This document shows positions 40,341-53,687 of a stretch of DNA of 64,000 nt, one piece after another; the first letter of the stretch is position 1, and every line of letters starts with the position of its first letter. Source of the DNA: Takakia lepidozioides (Eukaryota; Plantae; Bryophyta). The DNA lies in assembly GCA_030704615.1 (NCBI GenBank), contig CM060733.1, positions 66,092,001-66,156,000 on the forward strand, in the 5' to 3' direction. The notes under the pieces are model-generated. The model had not been told where the DNA came from, searched no databases, and saw only the letters and a program-made list of their open reading frames with translations. Made by a program: the position numbers and the translations under genes.

Positions 40341-40884
40341 AATTCTGTTTTTATATGACCTGGCCTGGCGGTCCATGAGCTTGGGCTCCAAGTCATGAAC
40401 GGATACTGGTACTTATGAGCGGAGTGCTTCCAGCATGAGCGCGGAAATCTTCGAAAACCTTCTCTTCTTATACTACTTTCGATTATTTTATCATTTTGGG
40501 CCCGAAAAAAATCTGCCGAAATTCGAAGTGTGTTACTTGGCGGCTCATGGGTGAGCCATGCCCGCTCATGGCTCATGAGCTCATGGAATAGCAACCCCCA
40601 GATCCAATCCCATGGTGGATACTTGAAAGTTCATATAATGAATGTAAGGGTATTTGTGTATGTTGTTATTGATTGATGCGGCTTGTGAAAATTGAACATT
40701 GAAATGCAGATCCGCCATTTTTCTTATAGAGAAAAACAAAACACGGGATCTTTGTGCATGTAACGTGGGGATGACCCACCCTTTTTTTGTGAAAATTGAA
40801 CGTAGTTCTCAGAATTCGTCGCTAGTAGTGCGGAGCAACGTGAAACCCTAGTCCATTCATTGTGGAATATTGTTAGGTCCTCAA

Positions 40885-40960
40885 CAACCAAGTTGTAGCC
40901 CAGTGGTAATAGGCACATACCACCTCGGAAGTGGTTGTAGGGTCAATCCACTGATTGGTG
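40885..40960 (+). mobile_element. Degenerate tRNA-like SINE head
   Basis: A-box-like tagcccagtggtaa and B-box-like gggtcaatcc; no cloverleaf. Confidence 0.3.
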
Positions 40961-41339
40961 TCACAAAGGTGTCCACTTTTGTACTGGAAGGCAGTAACCC
41001 TTCAGGGTCAAGAGACACCATAAATTACGATTCCTTGGGGAGGTGTCATACATATATAACTCGGTCTAATTTATTAGGCTTAGAATGTTGAGCATAGCAT
41101 TCACTGTTTAGTAGTAATTTCTCTTGTTGATCACCCAACAGTAAATCAGCCAATTTCTCTCCACTACAATATGATATCTCTTTTTTGGCACAGAATAAAT
41201 CCCCGTTGTTCTATATATATATATTGAAAAGGGGACAAGCTCGGAAATGCATTGAGAAAATTGGAAAAGATAACCACCAACCATAAAGGCTTACATGTAA
41301 AGGGAAAACCACAAAACCACCTAGTAAACAAAAGAACCA

Positions 41340-42850
41340 ACCATAGAGGTAGCATCTAAAATGTGTCACTGCCCATACTGCAGCTAGACAGTCCCCTTCA
41401 TAGGAACTATACTTCGCCTCGGCAACATTGTTTGAGCGGCTAGCATATGCCACCACGAACTCTCTTCCCTCATCATCCACCTGTGTGAGCATTGCTCCAA
41501 TCCCCAGCGTACTCCAATCCGTATGTAGCTGGAAAGACCGCTACTGAATAGGCCGCCTCAGAATAGGTACAGAAGTCAATCGAGCCTTGAGTTCCTCAAA
41601 GGCTTCCTCCTGCTCCTCCTCGCACTGCCATTCCCGACCCACCTTGGTCAACTTGGTAAGAGCTTTTGCAATGCTGCTAAATCCCTTGACAAACCGTCGA
41701 TAGTAGTTTGCCAACCCCATGAAAGCACAAACTCTGCACTCACATGCGTGGGACGTGGAATGCATGCAATGGCCTCCACCTTTGTCTGTTGAACACCCAA
41801 TCCTCCAGGGTATATCATGTGGCTCAGATACTCAATCTGGTTGTGTTTCAACCCGTGCGCTTTCAAGCGCTCAAACACCACATGAAGATGTCATCAACGT
41901 AGCATCGGGCAAAGTCTAGCCCCGTGAGAATCCAATCCGTGACCCTCTGAAACTCTGCAGGAGCATTCTTCAACCCAAACGGCAAGAACCGCCATTGGTA
42001 CAAACAATCCTTCCCATATTGGTCAATCCCCCAGAATGCCGTCTTTTGCTTGTCAGCCTCTTTGATTATACCGGTAGGGCCTTTGAAAAATTGGCGTATC
42101 ACTTGTCAAATCAATACGAACCTCCTAGCCCTTCAAACTCCCCAAATCCTTCAAACCGAAGGCAAAGCAACTCCTATAAGCCATGAGAAATCGCTGGATT
42201 CTTCGTCTCTCTCCTCCGGTGACTGTAGGTCCAACATCTGGTTCCCAATTGTCCTCAGTGGCTGCAACCTTGGGTACACCAGGCTTGGAGGTAGGAGCCT
42301 TGTTCCAACATATAACTTATCCCACTTTGGGTTGAGCTTAGTTGAATCCTCTTTACCAAACTTGCCCACCATCGCAGCTTGAAACTCAAGCCAGTTCGTA
42401 GGCCTTGGTTTTTTTTCTCAGGAACCAGTTTTCCGCAGTCCCATGTAGGTTCAGCCTGGAAACTTTAAACAAATTGTCCTCGCTTAATCTCCAACCATTT
42501 GTAGTCCTTCAATCCAATCTCTCACATCTTCACTTTCCCATCCGTGAAATGGTGCATCGGCAACTCCAGGGAGGATTGTCATCCTGATGTTCTTGTTAAA
42601 TCAGTGATTCAATTTCCATTGAACCCTTCCTTCCATCGTTCTCGTAACCTTTTAGCCCCTGTATCGATTTTTTATGCTCGCCATTAGCCCTTTTTCCATT
42701 TTGATGTGAACAGTAGATGCAGTCCTTCAACGACACCATCACCCTTGCAAGCTTGACCATCTTGCGTTCCATCTCGTTGAACTCGAAAGTTGACGATGAA
42801 ACGCCCACTTTCCTGTTTAGTTAGTCCACAGTCGACCTGCTCTGATACCA
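41340..42850 (-). mobile_element. Decayed Ty3/gypsy: PBS, gag start and RT-RNase H fragments
   Basis: tRNA-Met PBS tggtatcagagc (42839-42850, minus). Gag-like LFKVSRLNLHGTAENWF; KTAFWG..LPFGLKNAPAEFQR..YVDD; LHTDWS..VVAYASRS..YEGDCLAAVWAV. Confidence 0.88.
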
Positions 42851-44196
42851 AAAATAGAGGTCCTAACACCCATATCAAACATCCCATTAATACTCCATCT
42901 ATCCCAGACTGCAGCGGAAGAGAAAGCCTGGTACAAATGGAGACCTATTATGTTGATTTACTAATACATATTGCCCATCTTCTTTTATCATCATCCCTGG
43001 AAGGTGGCTGTATGCCCTCGATCTGTCTCTTTCATTCGCTTGTGGATCTGCAGGTACACCATTCACTGAGTGCAGATCTGCCCAACGTGATGCCTACTTC
43101 CAACCTTTCGGTGTTCATGACTTGCTAGAATATTGACGTATGCATCTCATCTTGGCCTTGCAGTAAAGAGAATGGAGAACTGCTCTACGTCATGCTAATT
43201 CTACTGCAATGATAATATCTGCCTTACTAGCAATGCCAGCAACCTTTGCTATGACAACATAAATCCAATGACTCAATGCATGATAGTTAGTCTTTGCCAA
43301 ATATTCTAGCTAAGCTTGGCAACACCATCTCCATGTTGGTCAAGCATTCTACTCTACTTCAGGCTGATCCTAGTGCTCTTGGCTGAATGCTCATAATCGC
43401 TTCGCTTCGCTTTAAGATAATGCAGAGTAAAAAGAGGGGTGCTGCATTAACTCAATTCATCAGCAGCTTGGGTTACAAATGACACCGCAGCGGAAGGGAA
43501 AGCATCACTCATGCCATCTAACTATCTATCCTAGAAACAAACATATCTAGTTGCAGTTCAAATCCTCTTATAGTTTTTTTATTTCTTGATTTATTTCTTA
43601 ATTTGCCCTTTGGAAGGGGAACACCAGCATTGGTTTGATAAATCTGATCCGAAGCATACTGTCTTGGCTTGCCCTCTTGGTTGATCAGTCACCGCCCTCT
43701 TTCTTGGTTGCATCACGATGACCAGCTGGTAGGTGGAGCCTCCATGTTTGTTGCTTCAAAGATTTTTCCCTTGCATTGTCACCTCCCTGAATACTAACGA
43801 CACTTATGTAGAATGTCTATCTCTCATTTGCTGGATTTGGAACAGGCTGTCGGGAATGCTGTGAACTTATGCTAGGTTTCCTAGGTTACTCATGAATTCC
43901 AACTACTTAGATGAGGACCAGCATTCTCATAAAAGAATTTATTTGCCACATTAATTCACTACTAGCATGCAAAATAGTGCAACCTGGGGCTACTGCTCTA
44001 ATCAGTCTGGATTTGCTGCAAACTGAGCTCCCAAAAGTCCTCAGAATCTGATCAAGCTACACTCTCATAACTACTTGGGGTATCATGACATCTAAAGGAC
44101 CAATTCCCAAGGCTGAAAGCTACACATGCCATCCGCAATAATGAATATTTTTGTTAAATTCACATCAGAGCTCACAATACCATGCCACTGAACACT

Positions 44197-44817
44197 TGTA
44201 GAGATTCACATGATTGCAACTCCTCTTTACTATTGGCCTCAGCGGATACAATCAGTTCTGCCCTGATAGTTCACCATCCTCATTGCTCACACCGAGCTCC
44301 TACTTTTCTCTTCCCCAAAAAGGCCCCCTACGTCTTGCACTACCGCTGTTTAAATCTACTTTAGGTTGCCTCATCCACTCCGAACGATGCGTTGAGTCAT
44401 CGCTGATTTCATGGCTAGCCCATTAAATCTACTTTTGGTTGCCTCATCCACTCCGAACGGTGCGTTGTTGATTATTCGCTGATTTCATGGCTAGCCCATG
44501 TGTTTATTTAGTAGTCCGCGGGTATTCCTCCCCCTCTCGGCTATTTGCACGTCGATACCACTTGTGCCTTCTATCTATGCGGAGTCTGCCAACTACTCCT
44601 TATCATCCAATTGGATGAACTACAACAGTATTCTGCTATTTTGGTTACTGCCTTAGTTCATCCGTTAGTCATCCAGCAACGCCAACTGGATGTACCTCCT
44701 ATGCACTTTCATCATCCTTTCGTTACCTGCATTCATCCCCTCTTCATCCAAGTTTCAGCTTCCTCCCGACATCCCGACACTTAGCAAAAATTTCGCACCA
44801 CGAGATTTTACCCTACA
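44197..44817 (-). repeat. 3' LTR of the main gypsy element, with an internal 73-bp tandem duplication
   Basis: tgtag...ctaca termini, immediately downstream of integrase and a purine-rich tract. Duplication at 44351-44423 / 44424-44498. Confidence 0.7.
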
Positions 44818-44838
44818 GCTGTAGAGTTCTCCGTTTCT

Positions 44839-46100
44839 TTAGCTACCACCGTCCTCGGTGGTTTCTTCCTCACACATAGTCTTCACCAAGGTTTGCAGTG
44901 CTTTGAGTTCACGACGCTTCTTCTTCCACCGCCTGCCTGCTCCATCTTGTAGAATGAAAACGCGGCTTCCCTCATCACCAGCTGCATTGTGTCCTTCGTC
45001 ATGTTCTATCAACAAGTATGGTCCTTCCCAGGGATCCTCCATCTTCCTTTTCTTCCCTGGTTTCAACATCATAACCAGGCTTTGATTCTGTAGCTGCTAG
45101 AATTCTTTGTGGTGTTTGTGCCTGGCCGCATATCCTCTCTGTTGCTGTTTTTGTGCCCTACCAACATTGTCACGGAGTCGCCTTTCTATTGATCGACTGT
45201 CTTGCATCTTCTTGGCCATCATCTCCACCATGGCGTCTTCATCGTCATCTAGCTTCACCAGCTCTGTAATGGCTCCGATTTCGTTGTCAATCGACATCCT
45301 CATTTCCCTGCCAGTGAGTACTTTAAATGGGGAGAAGCGGGTTGAGGCTTGAATGCCGAATCTATAGCCAAACGCCTGACTTGTGCAGGTTGCGATCCCA
45401 TTCGCGACCTGTTTCTCCTCCTAGCGTCACTATGCTTTGCTTGAGTGTTTTGATAAGCCTTTCCACCATGCCATTGCACTGCGGCCAGTAGGTAGGGTGC
45501 GGAGTTACTCTTGCTTGATGCCAAATCTCTCACATACTTCCTTGAATTCACCCTTCCACACGCTACCTTGGTCTGTCAACACCGTGCAAGGTATCCCATA
45601 ACGATAGATGATCTGTTCCTCAAGAAATCGGGCTGTCAATGCAACTGTGTGCTCGGTTACTGGGGTGACCTCTACCCATTTGGAAAAGTGGTCTACTGCA
45701 GTGAGCGCATAATGATTTCCTTCCTTGGTCTTGGGCAATGGCCCTTGTATCCATAGCGATTCGGTAGAAGAGGTCCTTGATAGGAATGCTCCGCAGCTTG
45801 GTACTCCACCTGACAGCCGAGCGGTTTGGCAGCGTGTGCAGGTTTGCAATACCTCCTGTATCTGCCGAATTCTGTTGTGCCAGAAGAACCTCTTGCAGAT
45901 CTCTGCTTGGACTCAAAGTGTCCCATTTCACGATGCAAGCGGCGAATAATTTCTTCCCTCTTCTGTGGTTCTGGTACAATCAGCCCTTTATAAAGTAGCA
46001 CTTTCTCTCTCCATTCGTAATGCCTAGTGCGTTTTTTAACCCTCTTTTCTTCTTCTTGATTGAGGTAATCATTGATCTCTCCAAATGTGAGCAAGTGCAT
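44839..46100 (-). pseudogene. Gypsy DDE integrase (frameshifted)
   Basis: LHREMGHF..CTRCQ; GPLPKTKEGNHYALTAVDHFSKWVE; YGIPCTVLTDQG; WEGPY. Confidence 0.92.
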
Positions 46101-49100
46101 GGCCTGGATGTCATTAAAGATGTCATCCTCGTGTTCTTCTCACTCAAGTTGGTCATCCCTTCTTATTTTAGTTGGTGGGCCTTCCTCAACTGCCATCTGC
46201 AGCAACTGTCGCTGCTGGATTTCTGCCCCCCATGCCCCTTCTCACTCTTGACTGATCTGCCGCTTTCCAGCAGGTGTTCTTCCTCTCTGCTGGAGTAGCT
46301 GCTGCTGGACTTACTCCTTGGTCCTTCATTCTCACTTTCAGGGAGCTCCTCCACTCTTTTTCTGCACCCTTCCTCATCTCCTTCTCTCTCTGGCAGATGT
46401 TGCTCATCGTCCCTCATTACCCTTTGCACTTGTGGTTCAGCCCTAAGTCCTGCCCTCGTTTGTATGACTCCAACAAAGGGCAGCTCCTTGTATGCCTGAT
46501 TCTTACCCCCATGTGGTGTTTGTCGTGGCAGGTCTTTCCACAATCGCACCCCTCTTCCATTGACCAGTTGCTCTCGTCGTCCTTTCCCTCTTCGTCAGTG
46601 AAGTACTCGTACTCCCTTTCTCTTTCTTCATGTTCACAACCTTCAGGTGGTTCCTTCTTTATTACTGCCTTCATTTGCTGCATTGCCATGTGCTTACCTG
46701 GTGTGGGTCTGATTTGCCCATGCCCAACAGTTGGGGGAATCCCATGTATTAAAAAGACTCCATTCTGGGTTGCAATTTCCATCCGCTGAAGTGCCTCCCA
46801 CAGGCTGTTTTTTTGTAGGACAGGTTCCCCTCCTTCTCTTAGTGTCCTCTTTTTCTTGCACCTGTTTCCAGCCTGGGCCATGGTATCCTTGCTTCCTTTG
46901 GTTTCTGCCCCTTCATGCTTTGCCTTCTCCATTGTTCTTTGCACTTCAGCTCTTGACTGTGCGTCCCCAACAAAGGGCAATCCTTCACATGGTGGAATTC
47001 TGCTCACAAGAAGTGCATGCCGTGGGCTCTTTTGCAGGAAATTCCACCTCTTCTCTTCACCACCAAACTATACGTCGTCACCTTCCCTCTTCCAGCCATG
47101 ATCCGCTCCATCAACTTCTTCACCGAGGTGTACGTTTTCCTGTTTGTCACTTCTCTCACTTTCCCCTTCATGTGTCACTCCAGATTTGTTCTTCCTTGCT
47201 GCTTGAGGATTGGTTTGGTAATCAGCCCTGGTTTTTATCACTCCAGCGCAGGGCAGCCCCTTCTCTCTCTTGTTCTCACAGCCTGGTCTTGTTCTTCTCT
47301 GCACAAATCCTCCAAGTTCTTCATCTTCAGATTGCTGGATTTCACTATTCATGAGCTGCCGGCCTTTGTCCTCCCTAGCACGGAAGTGTGCTCCCTCTTC
47401 CTCACTCTTTGCTGGTTCCTTTGCAGATGTTCCACCCACTACATCACCAGGACCACATCTCCCTTGGGTCTCACCCCTTGACCAATTTCTGGCCTCCATC
47501 CGTTCAGGTCTTGACTCCACTATCCCCATTGCTGCTGATTTTTGAGCTGCTGATGTCCTGTTTTGAGTCTCCTCTTCTTCTTGTTTCAGCAGCTGCTCCC
47601 ATGCTTGGATTGCTACCCTTCTCCGCAACTTATCTCGTGCCTTTCCCTTCCCCTTCAGTCTGATTAACTTACTTGTCTTGGCAGCCTTTTTGCCGTGACC
47701 TCCGTGCTTCACTGCTGCTCCCTTGACTGCCCACCATCCGTGGATCTTCTTCATCCCACTGGCCAGCCTTGCCTTCACCATCCAACAGGTAATTCTGACA
47801 GTCCTTTCCGTAGCCCTTAGGGCCTCGTCCTTTTGCTGCACCTCTTTCTTTATTCGCATGATGCTCTTGTTTCTCCTTCCTAGTTCTTCATGGAACTTGT
47901 GTACTGATCCTTCCTTCCCTGTCGCATTCACCCTTCTCATATATTGTGCAGAACTTTGCCAAAGGTAATTGAAGCATACCACCATCACCTGTACGGTGCT
48001 GATTATCCACATCAACATTGCCATAAAAGCTGAGCTCCATCTGCTCCTTGCCCTTTCCATTTGTCGCTTGTTCTCATCAGATTTCCTTGCTTCAGAGCTG
48101 ATGCTTGCCTTCCCACCGTTCTTTTGAATCCTCACGTCATTCTCGCTGTCACTCACAGTCCTAATGGCTGGTTTTTCTTTTCTTTTCATCACGCAGGTTC
48201 TTGGAGGACTCACTGACTTAAGATGACCTCTCTTGCTCTCTCGGCAATAGACACACAGTGATGGTTTGTTGCTCATCTCTGTGTTTGGCCTCACTTTTAT
48301 GAACACTCCTGGGATCAATGTACTCTCCCTGTATTGGACTGCAGTGTCTTGAGGCCTATGCTGCAGATCCTCTACTCTTTCCTCATTTGACTCCGCTCCT
48401 ATCACCCGGTCGCTATAAACTATTAGTGCAGTACTGGCAGAATCTTTGCATTGGCTGTGCCTTCCCCTTTCTGTCATTGGAGTTGTCTCAGTAATTGCTC
48501 TTTTTTTGTCCTCTCGGTCATTCTCGCTGTTTTTCTCATAACTACATGATCCCTCTTCAAAGCTGCTGATTACAGCATTGACTCCTGGGTAAAGTTCAAA
48601 CCTGACTCGTTGCTCCTTTTCCTTCCCCTTTGCAGATCGGCTTTCAACATCAATCCTCAAGCCCGAAGAAAGTAACTTCTCTGCCTCTGCAGCGCTTTCT
48701 TGCTCATCATCTGCTTGGTCCTCATTTGGTTCAATTATCTCAAAGCAGAAGTCTTGAGTGATATCTGTTCCTGGCACCTTCCCTTGTTTTCTATATTCCA
48801 ATGGCTGCAGATTAGTGTAGATGCAAAAGAATATGCCATGCAATTCCTGTCTAAACTGCCATAGCGCCCATACCAATAGATAGTAATGGAGCTCATACCC
48901 ATTTTTTCTAGGGAATCCAATGACTGACCTCTCTTCCCTTTTTGCAAGAGCATATCTACCATTGCGAAGGGTGAAAAGGTCTGCAACCCCCACGTTCTCT
49001 TCCAAGCAGAGCCTCATTACTGTCTCAGGTTTTTGCTCTCCCCTCCTTTTCTCTCTTCTAGTCATGTTGATTTCTATGTCTTCAAGTTCTTCTGGTTTCC
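46100..49100 (-). CDS. Approximately 1000-aa insert in pol between RNase H and integrase
   Basis: ORFs 47068-49065, 46417-47007 and 46163-46549. Contains a degenerate second RNase H segment, a hydrophobic helix, coiled coil and three LP-x-x-G-x-x-x-(T/S)-R-A motifs. Confidence 0.7.
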
Positions 49101-52100
49101 GACATGATATCTACTAAGGGCATCCACATTGGTGTGTTTGCTGCCAGGTCGGTGGATAATGCGAAATTCAAAATCTTGGAGCATCATGATCGAGCGTCCG
49201 CGTCTACTGTATGCGTCACTCACCGTTGCAAGCCATTCAAGGGGTTTATGGTCTGTTCTTACCAAGAAGGGCGTACCATACAGGTACTGTCGGAAATGAA
49301 GAACTCCCCAAACCAATGCATAGCATGCCCCCTTCCATTGGGTGGTATTTCTTTTGTGTGCTTGATAGTGCATAAGCAATCACGTGTTCCTTCCTTCCTT
49401 CCTTTTGTGATAAAATGGCCCCTACACCCTGGATTGACCAATCGACGTCTAGGATAAATGGTTTAGTAAAGTCAGGCCTTACCAAAATTGGGGCTTCGAT
49501 CAGCTTCAGTCGCAGTCCTTCGAACGCATTCTGGGCTTGTGGATTCCATTTGAAGTTTGTGTTTTTCCTGGTGAGGTCGAATAGAGGTCCAGCCGCGTGA
49601 GCGTATTTCTGCATGTATTCCCTATAGTACCCAGTCATGCCCAAGTATACCTTCACCCTAGTAACATTCCTTGGTATTGGAAATTGCTCAATGGCAAGGA
49701 CTTTGTTAGGGTCTGGTTTTACCCCTTCCTTTGACACCACATGTCCGAGGAACACCAGTTCCTGTTTCCCAAATTCACACTTCTCAGGGTTCAGCTTCAG
49801 ATTGCTCTCATTCAACCGCTGTAGAATGCTGTCAACATGCCTTAGGTGAGACTCCCATTCTGTGCTGTGGACATTTATGTCATCCACAAACACCTTCGCG
49901 TATTCTTTGATTTCCTGAGCCAAAATGGTGTTCATTGCTGTGGCATTTTTCAGCCCAAATGGCATCACCAGCCACTCGTAAAGACCTGATCTGGTAATTA
50001 TGGCAGTCTTTTTGATGTCTTGCTCGCTCATCCTTATCTGCCAAAAGCCACTTTGTAGATCTAGTGCTGAAAACCAGTTGGCCTTTCCCAACTGCTGTAA
50101 GACATCACGAATCACTGGCATGGGGTATGAGTCTCTCCTGGTTTGCTGATTTAGGGGTCTGTAGTCACCGCAGAATCGCTTACTCCCATCTTTTTTTGGT
50201 GGTGAAGTGACTGGACAACTGTACTCCGAGGCACTTTGTCTCATTTTTCCTTGTTTGATCAACGCTTCTATTTGTGATTGCACCTCCTTCTCTCCCCACT
50301 CCGATAGCCTGTTTGCTCGACTTCTACATGGTGGAAAGCCCTGAGTGTCTATGTGATGCTCCACGTCCTTGCAAAAACCCAGATCTGCCTTGCTGAGGGC
50401 AAATGCCTCTTGGTTCTGCTCCAGCATGGCCAGCATCTGCTCTCTTTGTGTTTCTGTCAGCTGGTCGCTTAGCTTCAGCCTTGCTTTTAGCATCTGCCAA
50501 CGACTTGGCACTTCAATATTTGTCCTGTCTGTTTTTCCAGAGACAGAGTATATGGTTCTCTGGTAACGCTCCCTTTCTTCAAGAGCAGTGATTCTCAACC
50601 AGTCCTGGAAATCGTCTTCCCCTTCACTCTCTTCCTGGAGTTCGTTTTCCCATGCCTTGTTATAGGCATCCCTTAGGATCAGCCTGGTCATGCCTTGGTG
50701 TGTCTCTTGTTCAAGCAATTCTCCCAAACCCTGGTCCTCTAGCTCATCATCCTCTATGTCCGCATCCCTGATCAGTTCTTCATAGTCGTGTTGCCCTAGT
50801 TCTTCCTCCATGTCTTGAGATCCAGTCTCCGAATCTGTTTCCCACTCTTCTGACTCCTCTTCCCATTCACCTGGACTGGGAATTTGGATTACATTGTTCC
50901 TGGGCTCTTCAGCATGTGACACTGCATAGACCTGATTGTTGCGGTCCCAAATCCCCTCTGCAGGTTCGACCAATATGTTCTCACACAGCTCATGAAATTG
51001 CTGCATCTTGTTATCAGCCAACTCAACTGTGTGCAAGGGAAAATAAGCCACATCAGTTCCAGGTCCATAGCGGATCCTCAGTGTTTCAGCCTCCGTATCC
51101 ACTGCAGCCCCAAATTTCTTCAAGAAGTCAAGTCCTAGTAGCATGTGATAGCTGTCCGTATCAACCACTATGAAAGATACTTGATTTGTCAATTTTCCCA
51201 CCATGACCTTGAGGTCCTCCAGCCTACCCATTGCTGTCTCCACAGCTCCAGATGCCACACGGTAAGCCACCTCTTTGTCATTTAATACTTCCTTCATAAT
51301 TCCCAGATCCCATGCTGTACTTGCTGCCATCACAGAGACCATAGCTCCTGTGTCAATCTGCCCTAGCACTTAGAAATCCCCTATTGTAACCATGGCGTGA
51401 AGAGCCTTCACCTTCCCATTGTATGCATATGCTACTGCCTGCTGTTTGGAGACGTGTTGTGCACCAGTGTGTTTTGCTCCAGCAGTCCAGTTGGTTTGCC
51501 TTCTACTTTCTTTGGCTCGCTCAACCACTTTGACCAATCCTTTTAATTTCTCAAACTCCTCTGGCATACTCATGATCATGTCCATTGGTGACATGGAGAT
51601 GCGGCCCTTATAAAAGTGATTGAGTGTTTTTGATCTTCCTGCTGTAGTTTCAGACCATCTTGGTGGCATTCTCCGTTGTGGTCTGCCATGTTCTTCAGCA
51701 GCTTCTGCTGCTTCTCCCTTTTCATTGTCTGTCGTAGGGCTGGGAACTGGTAATGGAATAGGAACCCTTTTCTCAGGTAGACGAACCTCATTGACCGTGC
51801 TTCCTGCCATAATCTCAGTTAGTTCAGCCAGAACCGCTTCCTCATCATCACACATTACCTCCAGCAAATTGGTGGCATGCACTCCTCCTGATCCCATGGC
51901 TGCCTTTGCCCTGCATTGGTCTTCCGTGTGTCCCAACATTTTGCAAAAGTTGCACTGCTTACCACACTGGTCTGTCTGGTGCCCAAATTTGTGGCTTTTC
52001 CACATTTCACAGGGGTTCTCCCGGATGGACAAAATGCTGCGACGTGCCCTTCTTGTTGACAATTGTTGCACACTTTGGTCATATCACACGGTGGGGTATG

Positions 52101-52733
52101 GCTACCTGATGCGTCAGAGGGAGTGGATCCCTTCTCAAAATACCTTTGTAGTGTGAAGTTGAGGTTGTCCAAGCGTTTATCCGTTTGGGACATTGGCCTG
52201 TCAGCTGTTTCTTCCTCGCCTTCCATTGGTTCCATAGGGGTCTCTCCGATTTGCCCCAGTCCTTTCTCCACTTGTATTGCTCTCTCCACTGCCTCATCAA
52301 TGTTAGCAAATCTGGCTCCCAACAGCAGGTGCATTATTTCTGGTCGCAATCCTGACATAAACCTTCGCCTCTGTTCAAGATCTGCAATAGTGCCTCGCTT
52401 GAATAGCTTGTCAAGTCGTTCAAAGTATGCCTGCACCCTTTGTCTTGGCTCCTGTCTGATTGAGTCGAGCTTCATCTTCAGCTCGGTTGGATCAACCTGA
52501 CCAAACTTAGTCACAATGGCTGCCTGAAACTCATCCCATGTCGCAGGTTTTGGGTTTTGTCTTCGATACCAAGCATCTGCTTTGCCCAAGAGGTTCAGCC
52601 TCGCCACTTTCACCATCTTGTCTTCAGCATACTCCCTTACATCTCCCGCCATCTGCATACGATCAAGCCAATCTGCAACATCCTCGCTTTCTTTCCCACT
52701 ATAGAATATGTCAATACCTGAAGGACTAGTCAT
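49074..52733 (-). pseudogene. Gypsy gag-protease-RT-RNase H
   Basis: ORFs 51855-52733, 51370-52071, 49246-51369 and 49074-49379, joined across frameshifts and one stop. Confidence 0.95.
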
Positions 52734-52785
52734 GGCTTGCTCTTTGGATGGTTTCTATTGTTCTTTGGGTGATCAGAACGTAAAC

Positions 52786-53427
52786 TCATGGATTCTGAAT
52801 CCACATTCCATTCAGCAGTAATTCTTCTCTGCCTGATGTGTTTCTACGAGCAAGGACCCCTATAGATACCCATCTGCTGTTTACCATCAACCATAGTATG
52901 GAAATTGTTTGAACACCTGAGTGTACCATCCTGAGACACAGATCCCCATTGGCATAGCTCGTGGTGTGCCTATAGTAAGTCAGCAAGGGCTGATTTAGTG
53001 GCTGTCCCTGTAGTGTATAGCTGATCACTATGTCTCCTAATGCTGGTTCATTAGGAAAGATAGAGCTATCTACCCTTTGCATTACATAGACAATACCTGT
53101 TTCAGTGTTGACCTCTATACCATTCCCACACTCCATTCCTCAACATTTCTACTCTGCCTCCCCAAGTAACCTCACGAGCAATAGTGTTTATGCTTCTCCA
53201 ACTATCATTCTCTCTCATCCAGGGTGCATCATACTGCCCTTGCAAGCATCTGTTGCTACTTTACTCCTCCCTCCTGCATGAAGGACACGGATACAAATAT
53301 CCCCATCGTACATCCTCCAGCCTGGATTGAAAAAGTAAATTCTAGGTTCCCTATGTGTGCTAGTGCTTCTCTGGCTAAAGCAAATCAGAATGTCACCAAT
53401 CCCTAGCTGTTCTGGGATCAAACTCTG
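52786..53427 (-). CDS. Extra ORF upstream of gag with two copies of an unnamed domain
   Basis: ALGDIVISY..P..NGDLCLRMVHSG and GIGDILICF..P..DGDICIRVLHAG are mutually homologous. Confidence 0.6.
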
Positions 53428-53687
53428 AAACACATGGGCTAGCCATGAAATCAGCGAATAATCAACACACCGTTCGGAGTGGATGAGGCAACCAAAAGTA
53501 GATTTAATGGGCTAGCCATGAAATCAGCGATGACTCAACGCATCGTTCGGAGTGGATGAGGCAACCTAAAGTAGATTTAAACAGCGGTAGTGCAAGTCGC
53601 AAGGGGCCTTTTTGGGGAAGAGAAAAGTAGGAGCTCGGTGTGAGCAGTGAGGATGGTGAACTATCAGGGTAGAACTGATTGTATCCG
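53428..53687 (+). repeat. Inverted partial copy of the LTR (matches 44243-44505)
   Basis: Near-identical reverse complement, including the 73-bp duplication. Confidence 0.95.

Larger units (their letters stand above)
44197..53427 (-). mobile_element. Ty3/gypsy LTR retrotransposon (extra ORF-gag-PR-RT-RH-insert-INT), decayed
   Basis: Gag (YSGKESEDVADWL; CCHC knuckles CNNCQQEGH, CNFCKMLGHTEDQC). PR IDTGA. RT LDLQSGFWQI..MPFGLKNA..VFVDD. RH LDVDWS..TDHKPL. INT H..GH..C..C, VDHFSKW, TDQG, NGMVER. Gypsy domain order. Confidence 0.95.

Noticed and set aside
44351-44498. 73-bp LTR duplication as a hammerhead ribozyme (retrozyme/Penelope-like)
   Set aside because: Neither strand has an intact CUGANGA plus GAAA core with the required stems.
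51367-51372. Programmed gag-pol stop read-through
   Set aside because: The TAA lies inside the protease domain a few codons before DTG in an element with many other lesions; a point mutation is more likely.
44243-53687. DIRS element, suggested by the inverted repeats
   Set aside because: It encodes an aspartic protease and a DDE integrase; no tyrosine recombinase seen.
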